A DNA stretch of 64,000 nucleotides from Podarcis tiliguerta (taxonomy: Eukaryota). The translations under genes were made by a program, and so were the position numbers. The stretch is taken from assembly GCA_965153285.1 (NCBI GenBank), contig OZ229115.1. One strand, 5' to 3'. The first letter of the stretch is position 1. Every line of letters starts with the position of its first letter. Of the stretch, positions 12,725 to 25,028 are shown one piece after another. The notes beneath the pieces are model-generated. The model saw only the letters and a program-made list of their open reading frames with translations. It was not told the DNA's origin and did not search any database.

Positions 12725-12861
12725 CAAGCATAGGCAAAGTCGGCCTTCCAGATGATTTGGGACTACAACTCCCATCATCCCTGACCACTGGTCCTTTTAG
12801 CTAGGGCTGATGGGAGTTATAGTCCCATAAACATCTGGAGGGCCGAGTTTGCCTATGCCTG
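12725..12861. mobile_element. hAT (Charlie-type) palindromic MITE
   Basis: TIRs CA(A/G)GCATAGGCAAA and a near-perfect whole-element palindrome. 8-bp TSD ctctaagg / ctttaagg with central TA. Confidence 0.9.
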
Positions 12862-12903
12862 CTTTAAGGCTATCAATGGCTACTAGCCACGATTAACTAT
12901 ATA

Positions 12904-13056
12904 CAGTGGTACCTCGGGTTAAGAACTTAATTCGTTCTGGAGCTCTGTTCTTAACCTGAAGCAAAGTTCTTAACTTGAGGTACTATTTCTGGGTTAGCTG
13001 AGTCTGTAACCTGAAGCTTCTGTAACCTGAAGCATTTGTAACCCAAGATACCACTG
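12904..13056. mobile_element. Tc1/mariner (Tigger-like) MITE, internally deleted
   Basis: TA|CAGTGGTACCTC ... ATACCACTG|TA. Same family as 37420 and 59797, in opposite orientation. Confidence 0.85.
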
Positions 13057-13796
13057 TATTACATTCATTATCACAGGCAGGATGCCTATGAATACCAACT
13101 TATGGGGGACATGAGTGGAAGAGTACTGTTGCATTCATGTTCTCTTTGTGGGTGTTGATCTGTTTCAGAAGAGAGCTCTTCTTATGTTCTTAGTGTTGCT
13201 CCAGAGAAATGTGGGAACTTCAAACCATATCTCAAAGCTTTCTGGTGCTGATCGCAGTGCTGCTGCTGCCACCACCAGAGACTGGCAATGCTGGAGGGCC
13301 CCATCCAGGTCTCTTTGCTGAGTTCTGTCTCAAACCTCAAACATTGAACATATCTATTTCCTTATGAAAATAAGTTCTTCCCTGGGAGGAAATGGGGGTC
13401 ACTGGAAGGTGAGATACCTCACCCTGCAAAAATCCTGTTTGAATCCCCCCCCCGACATTCTTAATGTTCAAAAGGTCCACATGAATTTCTCATGCTCTGA
13501 TGTGCTCTTTTTTCCACATTTGTTCTGGACTAGTTTGAAAGTATGAGGGGTTGGAGAGAAAACTTATTTAACTAGGCCGCTAAATTCCCCTCTCCCCCAC
13601 TTTACTTTTATGTAGATTGCAACCCTTTAAAAAAGGGAAGTAGCAAAGCTATATAAGGTTATTAGCTACAAGAATGTGCCATGTTAGTGACAAGAAAGAA
13701 GTTACTACTCAATATTTTTAGTCAACTATTGACCTTTCCCCAATTGTTTAAACTATTGTGATGGAACTAACATTGCTTTCAGAAGCTCTTGTATTA

Positions 13797-14229
13797 CCAA
13801 ATTGGCCCGAATGTAAGCCACAGCCCCCCCCCCCCAAATTTTGCCAGGGAAAAGTTCAAGTGCAGCTTATATTTGTGACCTTACGCCACCAGCAAAGGTC
13901 CCCCCACCCCAGGAAGCAGCCCAGGAGAGCGGGGCAATGGCACGCAGCCTGCCCGTTTCTCCCAGGCCTCCCCCAAGCCGTCAGGGTGGGAGGCCGCCAG
14001 CAAAGCGGCACGGCTCCCCCCCCCCCCGAGAACCGCCAGGAGTGTGGGGGCAATGGCGCACAGCCTGCCCGCTGCTCCCAAGCCTCCCCTGAGCCTCTGG
14101 AAAGAAGGGGGAAGGGGGGGGGGAGACCGGCAGGAATCAGCCCGGGGATTTTCTTTTTTTTTCTCCTCCCCCTTCAATTTTAAAGGTGCGGCATATTTGT
14201 GCGTATGGGTTATATTTGGGCCAATATGG
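13797..14229. mobile_element. Tc1/mariner-pogo (Tc2-like) MITE with GC-rich core
   Basis: TA|CCAAATTGGCCCGAATGTAAGCC ... GGGTTATATTTGGGCCAATATGG|TA imperfect TIRs. Confidence 0.72.
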
Positions 14230-14379
14230 TATTCTGGTCTGTTGTTTTGCTTCACAAATTGTGCAGTTGGTCAAGCTTTTTTTTCACTAAGCATGACCTA
14301 TAACGAGGTTTTTTCTTGGTTACATGGTTAATTTGGAAAGAGCTGATGAACAAGTCTGGGTTTGGATGACACACCAAGT

Positions 14380-14770
14380 CAAGAGTGGGGAACTTTTCTG
14401 GCTCCATTATTAGGATCAGTCTCACAGGCCATTTTTAACAGGTAGACAGCCACTGACCTGTCAATTACTCGGTGGCGCAATGATGTCAGGTGCTGCTAAA
14501 ATGAAGGGGTTTATTGTTTTTTAAGCAGGCTCTGTTTTGTCATTGGATGAGCAGGGGTTAAATGCTGCTGCTTTGGTTGTGCACCCCGTTCCCTTCTGGG
14601 AACAGGAGCATGCAGTTAACACAGAATTCTACCTTGCCCACCTGATAACCTCATAATTCATATCAGTTAGTGGACAGGTAGCTATGGTTTTGGGAAAACG
14701 GACTTATGGGCCTGCTTGGACCTCCTGACATGCCCAAACTGGCCCATGGGCCAAAGCTTCCTCACCTCTG
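14380..14770. mobile_element. Old hAT-like MITE
   Basis: Degenerate TIRs CAAGAGTGGGGAAC / CTTCCTCACCTCTG and GGCCC subterminal motifs. Confidence 0.5.
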
Positions 14771-15317
14771 TACTAAGCAAAACCTTGGCTTGGTTCATGG
14801 CAACAAAGCAGCAAATAGGACCAGAGGTATGTGGCAAAGCGACTGCATTCTGCTCTCTGGAAGCCTGCATATCTGTGTGAAGTTAAACTTTGGCTTGGCA
14901 TGACACATGAATCACGCCATTATGCCCCTTTGAGTTCAGCATGTGTTTAAGTTACGTGTTTAGGCTGATGGGTGAATTGCACCCAACACCATTTTGAACT
15001 GACTTTTTACTCATTTACAGCTATTTTGTAATTTCACTGTTGTAGTCACAAGCTGGAAGCCAATCACACAGCTTGCCAAAATATATTAGTGCAGAATTGA
15101 ATGTGCTTATTTATCTGTATCTATACATGTTATCAAAACACACACACATACACACACACACTATATGTTAAGAAACTATTTTATATGTTTTTCATGTGAA
15201 TGAACAGTGTACCTTTCCATTTTGTATTTGTAAGCATTGTTGATATTCTAATTCATGAAATGGAATCCCTGTATAAATAAAATCTCTAATTTATTTATTT
15301 ATTTATTTATTTTACAG

Positions 15318-15547
15318 AATGTGAAAGATTACTTAGAATGCGGCCTGAGCAAGTCTTATAGCGCATCTAGTAACACCCTTGGCATAGATCTCTGGAGAGG
15401 AAGAAGATGCTGCTCTGGTAATTTGCAGTTGCCACCGCTGTCCCAAAGGCAGAGTGAAAGAGCAAGAACACCAGATAACATTTCTAGACCCACGACTTTG
15501 CCCCTACTGAACCTTCCCAGCATTGCTATTACCACTTACCAGGATAG
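15318..15547 (+). CDS. PDE4B: PDE4B1 second coding exon (NVKDYLECGLSKSYSASSNTLGIDLWRGRRCCSGNLQLPPLSQRQSERARTPDNISRPTTLPLLNLPSIAITTYQD + AG)
   Basis: Acceptor ttttacAG ends at 15317 and donor AG|GTAAGT starts at 15548. The exon is 230 nt and ends in phase 2. The peptide is near-identical to the PDE4B1-specific N-terminal region (SNTLGIDLWRGRRCCSGNLQLPPLSQRQSERARTP). Confidence 0.96.
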
Positions 15548-16534
15548 GTAAGTTTCTCGAAGAGAGATTACATCTGGGAAGTTTGTTACGTATTATCTTG
15601 AGTTCTTTAGGCCTTTCTTTTGTTAGAAAGACTGTTTCATAACAATAAATGCTCATGTTTCAAAACCGGATTTCCATGGCATGTGCATTTTATAAAAACC
15701 ATTAAGAGGTGAAGCAGTTATTCCTTGATCCTTTGACCATGTTAAGTGTACACCAAGAGCCATGGAATGCTGAAAAGATGAGGGTAAAAGAAAATTGAGG
15801 AGTACTGAAGGTGAATTGGCTTTCTAGAGCTTCTAACAGTTTACCTGTATCCCTGAACAGGAGCACTCCTGGGGGCAGATATACTGCAGTATTTTGTTGC
15901 AGGTCCTACTTGTTCAATTTAATTTGTGAAATATTTTTCCAGTATAAAGATGCAAAATATATATGCTTGAAATTTTAATGCTAATTTAATTACTGTATTA
16001 CTGTATTTTGCCTTTATAATATCTTCAAAAATGACAAAACCAATTGTCATTGGTTAGGAAGGATATTATAATCTCAGTGGAGAGGGAAAAAGTGATTCTG
16101 CCATCTGTAACAGTCCATATTCTCAAGGAAACTTTATCTGAAAACTTTCCAGAGACTATTAGAATATATTTGAGGGCATGAGCAGAATGTGTATCTTTCA
16201 GCAAGATCTACTTAATGAATTCTGTTGGATGTTAGTGATGCCTTGTTCAACAAAAATTCATGGGGGGCGTGAAGCCCTTTCTTTTCACAAATCCCAAATG
16301 AATAGCAAAGAAAATGCATGTGTCTTTTCTTAGGATACCCAATGCATTATGTTTGAACAGCTTGTCTCCTTTTGCCTTTAATCTGTATAGCTTTCTATTA
16401 CTTTAGAAAGATGAAACATTCTTTGATCTTATTACCTTTGCATACGTTTATTTTAAAAACTTAAAACTTTTCCAACCTGGATATGTTGCAAGATCCCAAC
16501 ACTATTAACGAACAAGTTCAATCTAAAGTATGTT

Positions 16535-16815
16535 ACTTAAAGTCTTAAACAGCTCAGGACTGCAATACCTCAAGGACAGCCTCTCCCCTTATGAACCAAC
16601 CCAGACCCTGCAACAATCACCACCTGAGGCCCTTATTTGTGCGCCTCTTTTATGAGAAGTTTGGAGGGCGGCAACATAAGAATGAGCTTTTTCTGCCTTG
16701 GCTCTACGCTTGTGGGATATTCTTCCCAGGGAGGTTTGGCTGGCACCTTTAGATGCCAGGCAAGAAACACCTATCTTCTCCCAGGCCTTTGACTAGTTAA
16801 ACTATTTATGGCCTT
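16535..16815 (+). mobile_element. Old L2 3' fragment
   Basis: Decayed match to the L2 C-terminal coding region (..GxxYLKDxLS..), ending ..ttctcccaggccttt. Confidence 0.6.
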
Positions 16816-19069
16816 GCTTCATTCATGGGAATAAGAAGCATCCGTCAGTTACCCTGTCACCCTGAATGATGATGTTATTGCTCTTCCTCTGAAAAAAAGA
16901 GAGAGGCCTGGAGCTGTGTTTCCCCCATCAGCTGTATGATTCGCCAACAGACTATGATCATTTCAACAGTTTTGTAGTTGTGCCTACTCTCTTCCCAGCT
17001 GAAAAACCTTTCCACAGCCTCATATGTGCTAACAGACTCACACTCCGCTCACAAAACACCCCTCTCACTTTTGAACAGTTGGTCATAAATAGTCCAAACT
17101 GAGGAGCTGAGCCAAGGGTGTTTACTTCAGGTTTTTCCTTTGGTTGCATTTATTTGATTTGAAGTGAAAGTGTATATTGGCAAGACCAGTGTTGGTCTGA
17201 ATATCTAGCTGATCTCTGCTTATATTTGATTTCTCATTCATCTCCTTTCAATGATAGTAAACGACTTTTAAATGATTATCCAAAGCTGGCTTTGGCAGCC
17301 TGAATAAGTGTATAGATTGCCATGAATATGCGGTATGTGGGATTGGGTGAAAGATAAAACACAGGTGTTCCTCTCTTTCCGAATTGGTTACATGTTCTAC
17401 TTAACTATTTCCATCCTTAAAATATACTATTTCCAGAAAGAGCAAGCCCCATACAGTTGTCCTTCTACGCACTTATGATTATAGATTTGGCACAGTTTTA
17501 ACAGTTTCTCCTTTAAAAGATGTAATAAACAAAGTTCATGTGCCTGTATCTTAAAAACAGGTTCTCATTTAGCTTTAGCTAAATACAACCAGAAATTACT
17601 GGTTCGTGATTAGTTTCTTTACAACACAAGAGGGCATTGCTGCACCTCTTTTCTGATACAGTATGCATTTAATAAAATATCTTCAAACTGGTTGCAGCCA
17701 TCATGGATGAAATATCTCCTAATTTGTGTTTTAAAAGTATTCTTGAATTAGCACCGGCTTGTTTTTTGGGGGGGATTTTAAGTTTCTGATATACGGCAGT
17801 ATAGGTCATATCTGATTTAATAGGCATTGTGCAGTAGAATCCTAAACCTAAGTGTCATTACAGAATGTCTGCTGTAGTGTCACAAATACCTTTTCCGGTA
17901 AAATACTGCACAGTTACCTTGGAGCAGTGAGCCAAACCCTCTCCACTCTTCTCATTCCCAAGCGTTGGCGCCTGTTTACATGATGGGTGTTGGAGATGCA
18001 ATGCTTACCCCTCCATTTGTCTGTGATTACATAAGCGCACACCCCCAAGTGTTTTTTAAGTTGTTTGTGCACTGGTTGGAATGACAAGCACCTGCAAAGG
18101 ATGGATGTAGTGAAGGGAAACTGTGCCCCTGAGGAAGAGCTTGGACGTTTTGAGATAAGTGTGGGATAACTTACACAATTTCTTTTCAACTCCCCACGCA
18201 GATTCATAAACTCTATTTCTTGATGCCACTGCATTTTGAAAGGGAAGGCTCTTCTGTTTACCCATGCTTCAATTCTGCTAAACAATGTGAAATGAAATAA
18301 AATTGGAATAGAGGCATGTGGGTACAGCTAGAAAATTGTGGCATCCTTGCCTCACAATAGACACCTCTTCATGCTGTGATGCAGTCCACTTACTCCATAG
18401 CCAAAGTGAAAAATAAGATTGGACTGCCTATGCATATCAAGACTCAAGTTGTTACTGGCACCTGTCTGTCTCAAGGGACAGTGGAGTGCACCTCTGGGGG
18501 TGAAGCCAAACTGCTGGAGAATCACAGCACCTGCCGGGGCTGCAGAGACTGGTAACTCGTAGCTGCTGCTGCCGCCTATCACATTGTTTTTTGCTGCATT
18601 AGCAGCACCAAAGTGACCTCTTCAGGGTACAAGCCTGGGCAGTGTGTATGGAAGTCCTGGGCTGCCCAGATTAGAAGACCCCTCTCTTGGCATGGCTGAT
18701 GTGGTCCAAAGGAAAGCAGAGCAATACCTTCGGCACCAGCTAAGCTGCAGGAGTTGCTAGAAGGAGGCAACTGTTTTAGGATTTGTGTAAGGTTTACACC
18801 TTAGCCTTTTCTTCTCCTGAAGATGTCCCTCAAGGCATTGGGTACAGATTTTTCCTCAGGGCTTACTCCCAAAGCCTATCTCATGAAATGGGTATAGCCT
18901 CAAGGCAGCGAATGTTTAGGATCAGAGCTTTTCTTCTCCTAGATGGGCTACCATCCCAGGTTGAAAAGCCCCATCTGCCCCTCGTTTCCCTGTAACTATC
19001 TTCTTGACTGTTGGACCCATTGTTGTTCTTGTCCACTCAATCCGCCAGATGAGGGTTTGAGACCCATTG

Positions 19070-19493
19070 ATATAGATATAGATATAGAAATTTATTGTCA
19101 TTGTCCGTATATACACAGTATACACAACAACGAAAATCAAACACCCACCCAAAGACCGGCTTCACATACACATTTGCACGTACCTCCAACACTCTCATCC
19201 CATTCAGACATAATCTATAAAACATACATAATCCAGAATATAACATGACCTATTAAAAGCATAACATGACCTAAACCCTATCTCATTCCTTCCTACTCCC
19301 TGCTTGCTATTTCTTACAACTGGCCCTGAGATCATTATTTAGTGCAATCAGAGCTCTTGGATAGAAACTATTCAGAAGACGTGTGGTTCGTGTTTTCATT
19401 GTCCTATATCTTCTGCCCGAAGGCAACAGTTCAAAGAAGTTGTGAGCAGGATGGGTGGGATCTCTCAGGATATTGTGTGTTTTAAGTTGTTTA
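19070..19493 (-). mobile_element. Rex1/Babar LINE 3' fragment
   Basis: The minus strand encodes NILRDPTHPAHNFFELLPSGRRYRTMKTRTTRLLNSFYPRALIALN*, a Rex-type C-terminus. (TCTATA)n tail and 4-bp attg direct repeats at both junctions. Confidence 0.85.
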
Positions 19494-19503
19494 ATTGGCT
19501 ACA

Positions 19504-19685
19504 CTCACCTTGTTTAACAGGCTGGTGGAAGCCATTTCCCGCGTGTGGCCACTGTCACTTGCTGACAGCTTCTAGGAGCCATAGGTGAGAGCTGAGTGTA
19601 AGGTAGGGGCCAATGTTGGACCAGCTACTCCAGAAGGAGCATGGTGTGTCCCCCACAAGAGGTGCTACCCCTCCCTTAACACCCC
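19504..19685 (-). ncRNA. Decayed HDV-like self-cleaving ribozyme at the 5' end of the RTE-derived element
   Basis: Manual fold on the minus strand: P1 GGGGTGT/ACACGCG (5 of 7 pairs), P2 CTCACCT/AGGTGAG (7 of 7), P3 GGC/GCC, P1.1 CC/GG, P4 GGCT/AGCC, J4/2 GTTAAA. All segments are in HDV order. Confidence 0.6.
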
Positions 19686-20644
19686 CTCCCCAAATACTCA
19701 AGTATGTTGAAGGAAAGAATGTGGAAAATCTTTCTTGTGCATATTGTCTGCAACATTAGCATTTCTTGGAACTGGCATTCACATTTTATATTGATTGGGT
19801 TTTTAAAAAGTTACATCAAAGTGACTCATTAATCATTGACATCTTCAGAAAATCTCTTGGCAATTAGTCATGTTTTTAATCATTCTGGCAAGCTTTCTGG
19901 CATGTGACATCTGATACTGCAGGTCAATTTTTATCCTGTTATGTGTTGGTATTAAAATACCTTCTAGTCACCAGTACACTTGCATGAATTTATGTATTAT
20001 CATTATCAAAACATATTTTTTTTACAAATTGTGCAAAACATATATACTTATTTCTCTCATGTAGACAAATTGGAGCTAACAAAATATATTTCCCTATGCT
20101 TGAATTGGTAGTCTATGTATATTCTATGCATTGGCTATGAAAGAAAACAGTGTGAAAGGAGCAACATCTCATTCTAGATGGCTAACTTAGTTGCCGTTAC
20201 TTTAAATAAGAATGCATGTGCTGCTAGGTAACTCACTTTAGATGGTATATCAAACATAATACAGGGTCCCTGCCTCTTTAATAAGATGCTGAAGTGAGCT
20301 TCAGAGTTTCTCACCTTAACAAAATATAAGTCTATTACTCTATGAGGCTCCTCCCTCACTTTCACTCCCCCAGTTATCACTCATTAACTAGGCACCGTGG
20401 ACCATACTTGCACTTCTCAATTACATCCGCAACTTCTTCGTTGTGGAGTCTGTCAGGCTTCTGTCAGTTTACCTCCCTACTGTTTTCGCAAAAAAGGTTG
20501 CTTCAAAAGCTACTGTGCTGAAATTTAACTACAACTCTCTTATCAACCATTGGATAGTCTCCAGTTGATCTACTGTATCTTCCCTCAAAAGTACAGGACA
20601 GTTTAGATATAGTTCACCCTTTGCATTCAGCTTTGAATTCTGTT

Positions 20645-21150
20645 TTCAGTTGAAGATGCTGGTGCTTACCTGTAAAGTCTTAAAGGGCTTGGGGCTCAAT
20701 ACCTAAAGGAGTACCTCTTCCTATACCAGTCTGCCAAGGTCTTAAGATCACCAGCAGTGGCCTGCTTTAGTTACCTCTTTTGCAGATGTACATTGTTTTT
20801 CCTTAATGGAGAGGGTTGTTTCACCCCCACCCCCACCCCTACCCGGTTGAAGTCATGACTTTGGGATTCCCTTTCCAAGGAGCACATCTGGCAATGACAT
20901 TACAGGCTTTTAAACACAAGGTGCTTAAAACAGGTGCTTCCTGTTTGGGAAGCTTAGATAATTTTTGGAATTCTGTCTTACTCTGCTGTCTGCTTGTTTC
21001 TTTCTGTTTTGCTTCTTCTCTTACTGTATTTGTTAAATTTATTTGCTGGTTTTAAATTGTCTTTCTATGTTGTGTGAATTAGTTTGATTCATAGTTTTGT
21101 ACATCACCCTGGAACCTTTTGATGAATAGCAGTAGGGTATTTATTTATTT
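20645..21150 (+). mobile_element. Old L2 3' fragment
   Basis: Decayed KMLVLT.K.L.GLG..YLK coding stretch and terminal tgtacatcaccctgg..gatga..ggtat motif. Confidence 0.55.
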
Positions 21151-22464
21151 TAAAATATTTCTTACATTATTAAAGATTGAGATGATCTTCTATTGGGAAG
21201 TATGTAACTCTCTGCTAAAGGGAGTTTATAAGGGCCTAATCTGGCATTCTGGGTCAATCCAAAATTGGATGAAGTTTGGTATTTGCAATAATTTTTTTTA
21301 GTGTTGCTAAACATAAAATATTTCATTTTAAAAAATGGCATTTGCATTTTTTGTGGGTTCATTTACTGTCATACATTGCTGTTAGGCAATAAACTGTGTT
21401 TGTCAAAATAAATAATAACAAAGGACTAGGAGATAATTAATCCTGACTTTCAATAAAACAAGGAATCTGGTTTGGGTATATGGGGTTGCTTCAGAGAAAG
21501 CTCCAACAGGAATGAGTCCATGTGTAGGAGCTTCACCCATGCTGTTCAGTGGCCATACCTATCCTGTCTCCAGGACATCCAGACATGAATGATAGCATTT
21601 GGAAAGATGCTATGTAGCAGAACTCAAAATGTTTGCTCCCAGTTTGTGTGCTCATTTTTCATATTTTCAAGGGCCATTTATCAGACCCAACAAGTATCAG
21701 GTTTCATATACCCGCTGCTATGCAAAACTAACATCTAACACATGGTTGCCTGACACTGGCAGAGTGAACTGGGCCACACTTACTTCTTGCACAGCAGTTC
21801 CCTGTATCCAGCATTATCTGAAGGAATCCCCAAGTTTCAAGGTCATTTTGTGTACTGTTTAGAATTGAAACTGATATGATTCCAGTAAAGAAGAGTTCAC
21901 ATATTTGGCTTTTTAAATTAATAGAAGTGCAGAAGGGACCAAACGTATTGTGGTAGTAACCAAATAATTTAGTCACCCAGGGTTAGGAGCCTCTCAAAGA
22001 GCCAGACAAAGGTTGCTTTGGCTTTCTAGAATTAGATTGCAAGAAAGGTTACCTGTTGCTGCTGCCTCCTGCCAGCAAGGTTCCCCGGTGGGTATTTTTT
22101 GTTAGGATTGAGCTTGTTATGATCCTCTCACTTCAAGAATCTCTGTTAGAGGTGCAACACTTGCCCATATAAAATCGAGGACTTCATGGGGCAGAAGTTG
22201 TTGTTTTTAACCTTGCTTTTTCTGGTTAGCCTATGGAACATGACGGATGAGCAGCAGCAAGCTTTGGCTAATTATTACATGTGCAAGAATTGTAGTAAGC
22301 AAACACAAGAGGTCTGGATTTAAACAGTAGTTAAAGCTTCCTTCCTTACCCCAGTTCTTTGTAGAAATCGAAGAAGTTGGAACAGAATTCAGTGATGAAA
22401 AAATGTTAGGGGTGGGTTAAAATGAGCAAAATGCTGGAGTATAAAGAACAAAGTGGAGAGAGTA

Positions 22465-22717
22465 CAGTGGTACCTCAGGATGCGAACGGGATCCGTTCCA
22501 GAGCCCCGTTCGCATCCTGAATAGAACGTAAGACGCGACGGCGCATCTGCGCGTCATGTTTTGCCTCTTCCGCGCATGCATGTGATGTCATTTTGAGCGT
22601 CTGCGCATGCGCGAGCTGCGAAACCCGGAAGTAATGCTGTCCATTTCTTCTGGGTTGCCGCGGAGCGCAACCCCGAAAGCGCTCAACCTGAAGCACATTC
22701 AACCTGAGGTATGAATT
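22465..22717. mobile_element. Tigger-like MITE (CpG-rich subfamily)
   Basis: TA|CAGTGGTACCTCAGG start, ..CCTGAGGTATG.. end, internal GCGCATGCGC repeats. Confidence 0.8.
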
Positions 22718-22930
22718 TATGTCAGCTGCTTACCAACATTTGAACTCCTAAGAAGGCTATTAGCATTATGTTATATAAGCCAGGGGTGTGTGGAACTCAT
22801 TTATATCCTGCCATATAAATATAGCATAGGTTTTTAAATACTGACAAATACTTTCCTAATACCAGTTCAGTCCATACAGATTAGTTAATCTTTTAGTCTT
22901 GATCTATGCTTGTTTGGTAAGGTTTAGAGA

Positions 22931-23172
22931 AGCTTTCCTCAACCTGGTTCCCTCCAGATGTTTGGGGCATGTAGGGTGGGGACAGTGCTGTTGTGCTCAG
23001 GTCCTGCATTTGGGCTTCCCATAGGCATCTGGTTTTGCTGTTGTGGGAAGAGAAATCTCGATTATATGAGCCACTCATCTGATCTATCAAGCCCTTCTCA
23101 TGGACATGCTAGCAAAGGCTGATGGAAGTTGTAGTCCAAAATATCTGGAGGGAAGCAGGTTGGAAAAGGCTG
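22931..23172. mobile_element. Palindromic hAT-like MITE interrupted by another repeat fragment
   Basis: AGCTTTCCTCAACCTGGTTCCCTCCAGATGTTTTGG ... CCAAAATATCTGGAGGGAAGCAGGTTGGAAAAGGCT inverted arms. Confidence 0.65.
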
Positions 23173-24429
23173 GTTTTGGATGACAGGGAACCTTATTTTT
23201 CATTTTGCACATATCTGCACACACACACACACACCATTTTGTCCTTCAATGCCTGCCATGTTTTTCTTTAGAACAAGGTGACATTTCTTAAAAAGAAAAA
23301 AATAGATCATGTGCTGTTTGTAACATCTAATGTACTCCATAGGAAAATGGTTTTTAATTACAATCTACTGTTTCTGGACAATATAAATGATAGCTTAGTT
23401 TGGAAAAGAGAATTACTATGATTATCGCAAGTTTCCTTGACAACCAAGTAGATATCGTGAATGTTGAATTGTTTTAGAGCTGGATATAGACTTGAAGACT
23501 TCATCTAGGAAAAAATATTTCGGCGTGCTTTGGGGGCTTCTTTTCTTAAAATGGAGATTACCATGAAGCCTTGCCCCAAGTGGTTAGGAATCTTATTGGT
23601 TTCAGCATAGACCTTGATAGGTGTTGAACACAATTACTCTCTCTTGTCATTTATGCCTTCTTTAAAAAAAAATTCTGAAAGGCATGTCCACTGAACTATG
23701 GAAATATGCCAACAAAATGGGAAAGTATTCCTTGCATATTGAAGTGAAAGGTTATATGCCTTTTGGTCATGTTTACTGCTATTTAGCTTGGCATAGCTCA
23801 CCGCAATAACATATTTCTATTCTATGAAAGTGTTCAGAATAAATATTTGTGATAAATTTCTTGCCATGACTGTGCTTTTTGTAAAGCCAACAGACCAAAA
23901 CAGGAATTATTTTCTTGGACGAGAGAGAACTTGAATTTAATAATGCCAGGCAGGAAATAAATGAGTTAGATCTAGCATCTGTGGCTCAGCCAAATATTAG
24001 GACAGGCTATTGGACATACTGCCTTGTGCTTGCTTGCAATATAAGTTTTGTTCACATTATCCATGTTGTTTCCCCACAACTGTTGGTCTTTAACTGTGAA
24101 TACCCATACAAAGTATAATCAAGAGAATTCAAAACCTTAAGCCACTATTTGAGCCAAGGTAAGTTAAAACAAAGGTGGGAAGGTGGTAAATAAAGATGAA
24201 AGGATGTAAAAGTCCTGCCCACAGGTGAGAGCCATTATAGTCAGTTTTCATCTGCACATTTTTGAGCACATTGCAGTTTGAAGTGGAAAAATCTGCCTGT
24301 CCACTCAGACTAGCGTCTTATTGTGATTGAAAACAATAGAGAAGCTTTTATTATATCTATGATACATTTCATAGATACATCTTAAACTGAATTTTGGTAG
24401 CCCATTTCTAAATTGTAAGGTTCAATAAA

Positions 24430-24800
24430 GAAATGAGAAATTCGGTTCAGTTTACACTTCAATGCAAAAATTTCTGACTTGCACTTCTGAATGAATATGT
24501 GAACCAAAGTGCAGTTATCCTTTAAAATTCTCGTATTTTTAAATTTCCAGTGCAGTTCTCCAACCACATATGTAGCAAGATGTGTATATTAGAGAAAGGT
24601 GTTCATAAAAATGCATATACTAGTGAAAATAACATACAAAACTCATTATATTCGGGAAATTTGCTTGCAAAGATACGTATATTGAGAGCAATTCGCAAAA
24701 TGCTGATGAATTTTTGTGGAAATTTTTTTTTAAGTGCCGACAGATGTAGAATTGTGGAGAACTAAGAATGGAAAAATGAGAAATTGAGCGAAACCAAAAT
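24430..24800. mobile_element. Degraded AT-rich non-autonomous element, with a related copy at ~57995-58430 in opposite orientation
   Basis: Both loci share complementary motifs (gaactaagaatggaaaaatgagaaa vs ttttctccatttttcattgttccatcttagattcagtt; atgtgaaccaa vs ttggttcacat). Confidence 0.5.
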
Positions 24801-24812
24801 ATCACAGGAGGA

Positions 24813-25028
24813 TCAAAGTGCAAGTAGATAAATAGGTACCGGTCTGGCGGGAAGGTAAATGGCGTTTCCGTGTGCTGCTCTGGTTCGCCAGAGGCGGTTT
24901 AGTCATGCTGGCCACATGACCCGGAAGTTGTACGCCGGCTCCCTCGGCCAATAAAGCGAAATGAGCGGTGCAACCCCAGAGTCATCCATGACTGGACCTA
25001 ATGGTCAGGGGTCCCTTTACCTTTACCT
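24813..25028 (+). mobile_element. 5'-truncated Sauria SINE
   Basis: TCAAAGTGCAAGTAGATAAATAGGTACC ... GGGGTCCCTTTACCTTTACCT. Confidence 0.9.

Larger units (their letters stand above)
18450..19692 (-). mobile_element. Non-autonomous bipartite RTE-derived element (5' UTR fused to 3' end, no RT), interrupted by a Rex/Babar insertion
   Basis: The minus strand has the RTE 5'-UTR motif GGGCAGATGGGGCT..CCTGGGA.GGTAGCCCATCTAGGAGAAG and the RTE 3' end GCACTCCACTGTCCCTTGAGACAGACAGGTGCC with a short AAC tail. Flanking TSD-like aagactcaagt (18439-18449) / aatactcaagt (19693-19703). Confidence 0.72.

Noticed and set aside
13758-14331. Cluster of overlapping 65-141 aa ORFs and a GC-rich, CpG-island-like patch
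   Set aside because: They lie within a TIR-bounded MITE, and the stop-poor composition explains the ORFs.
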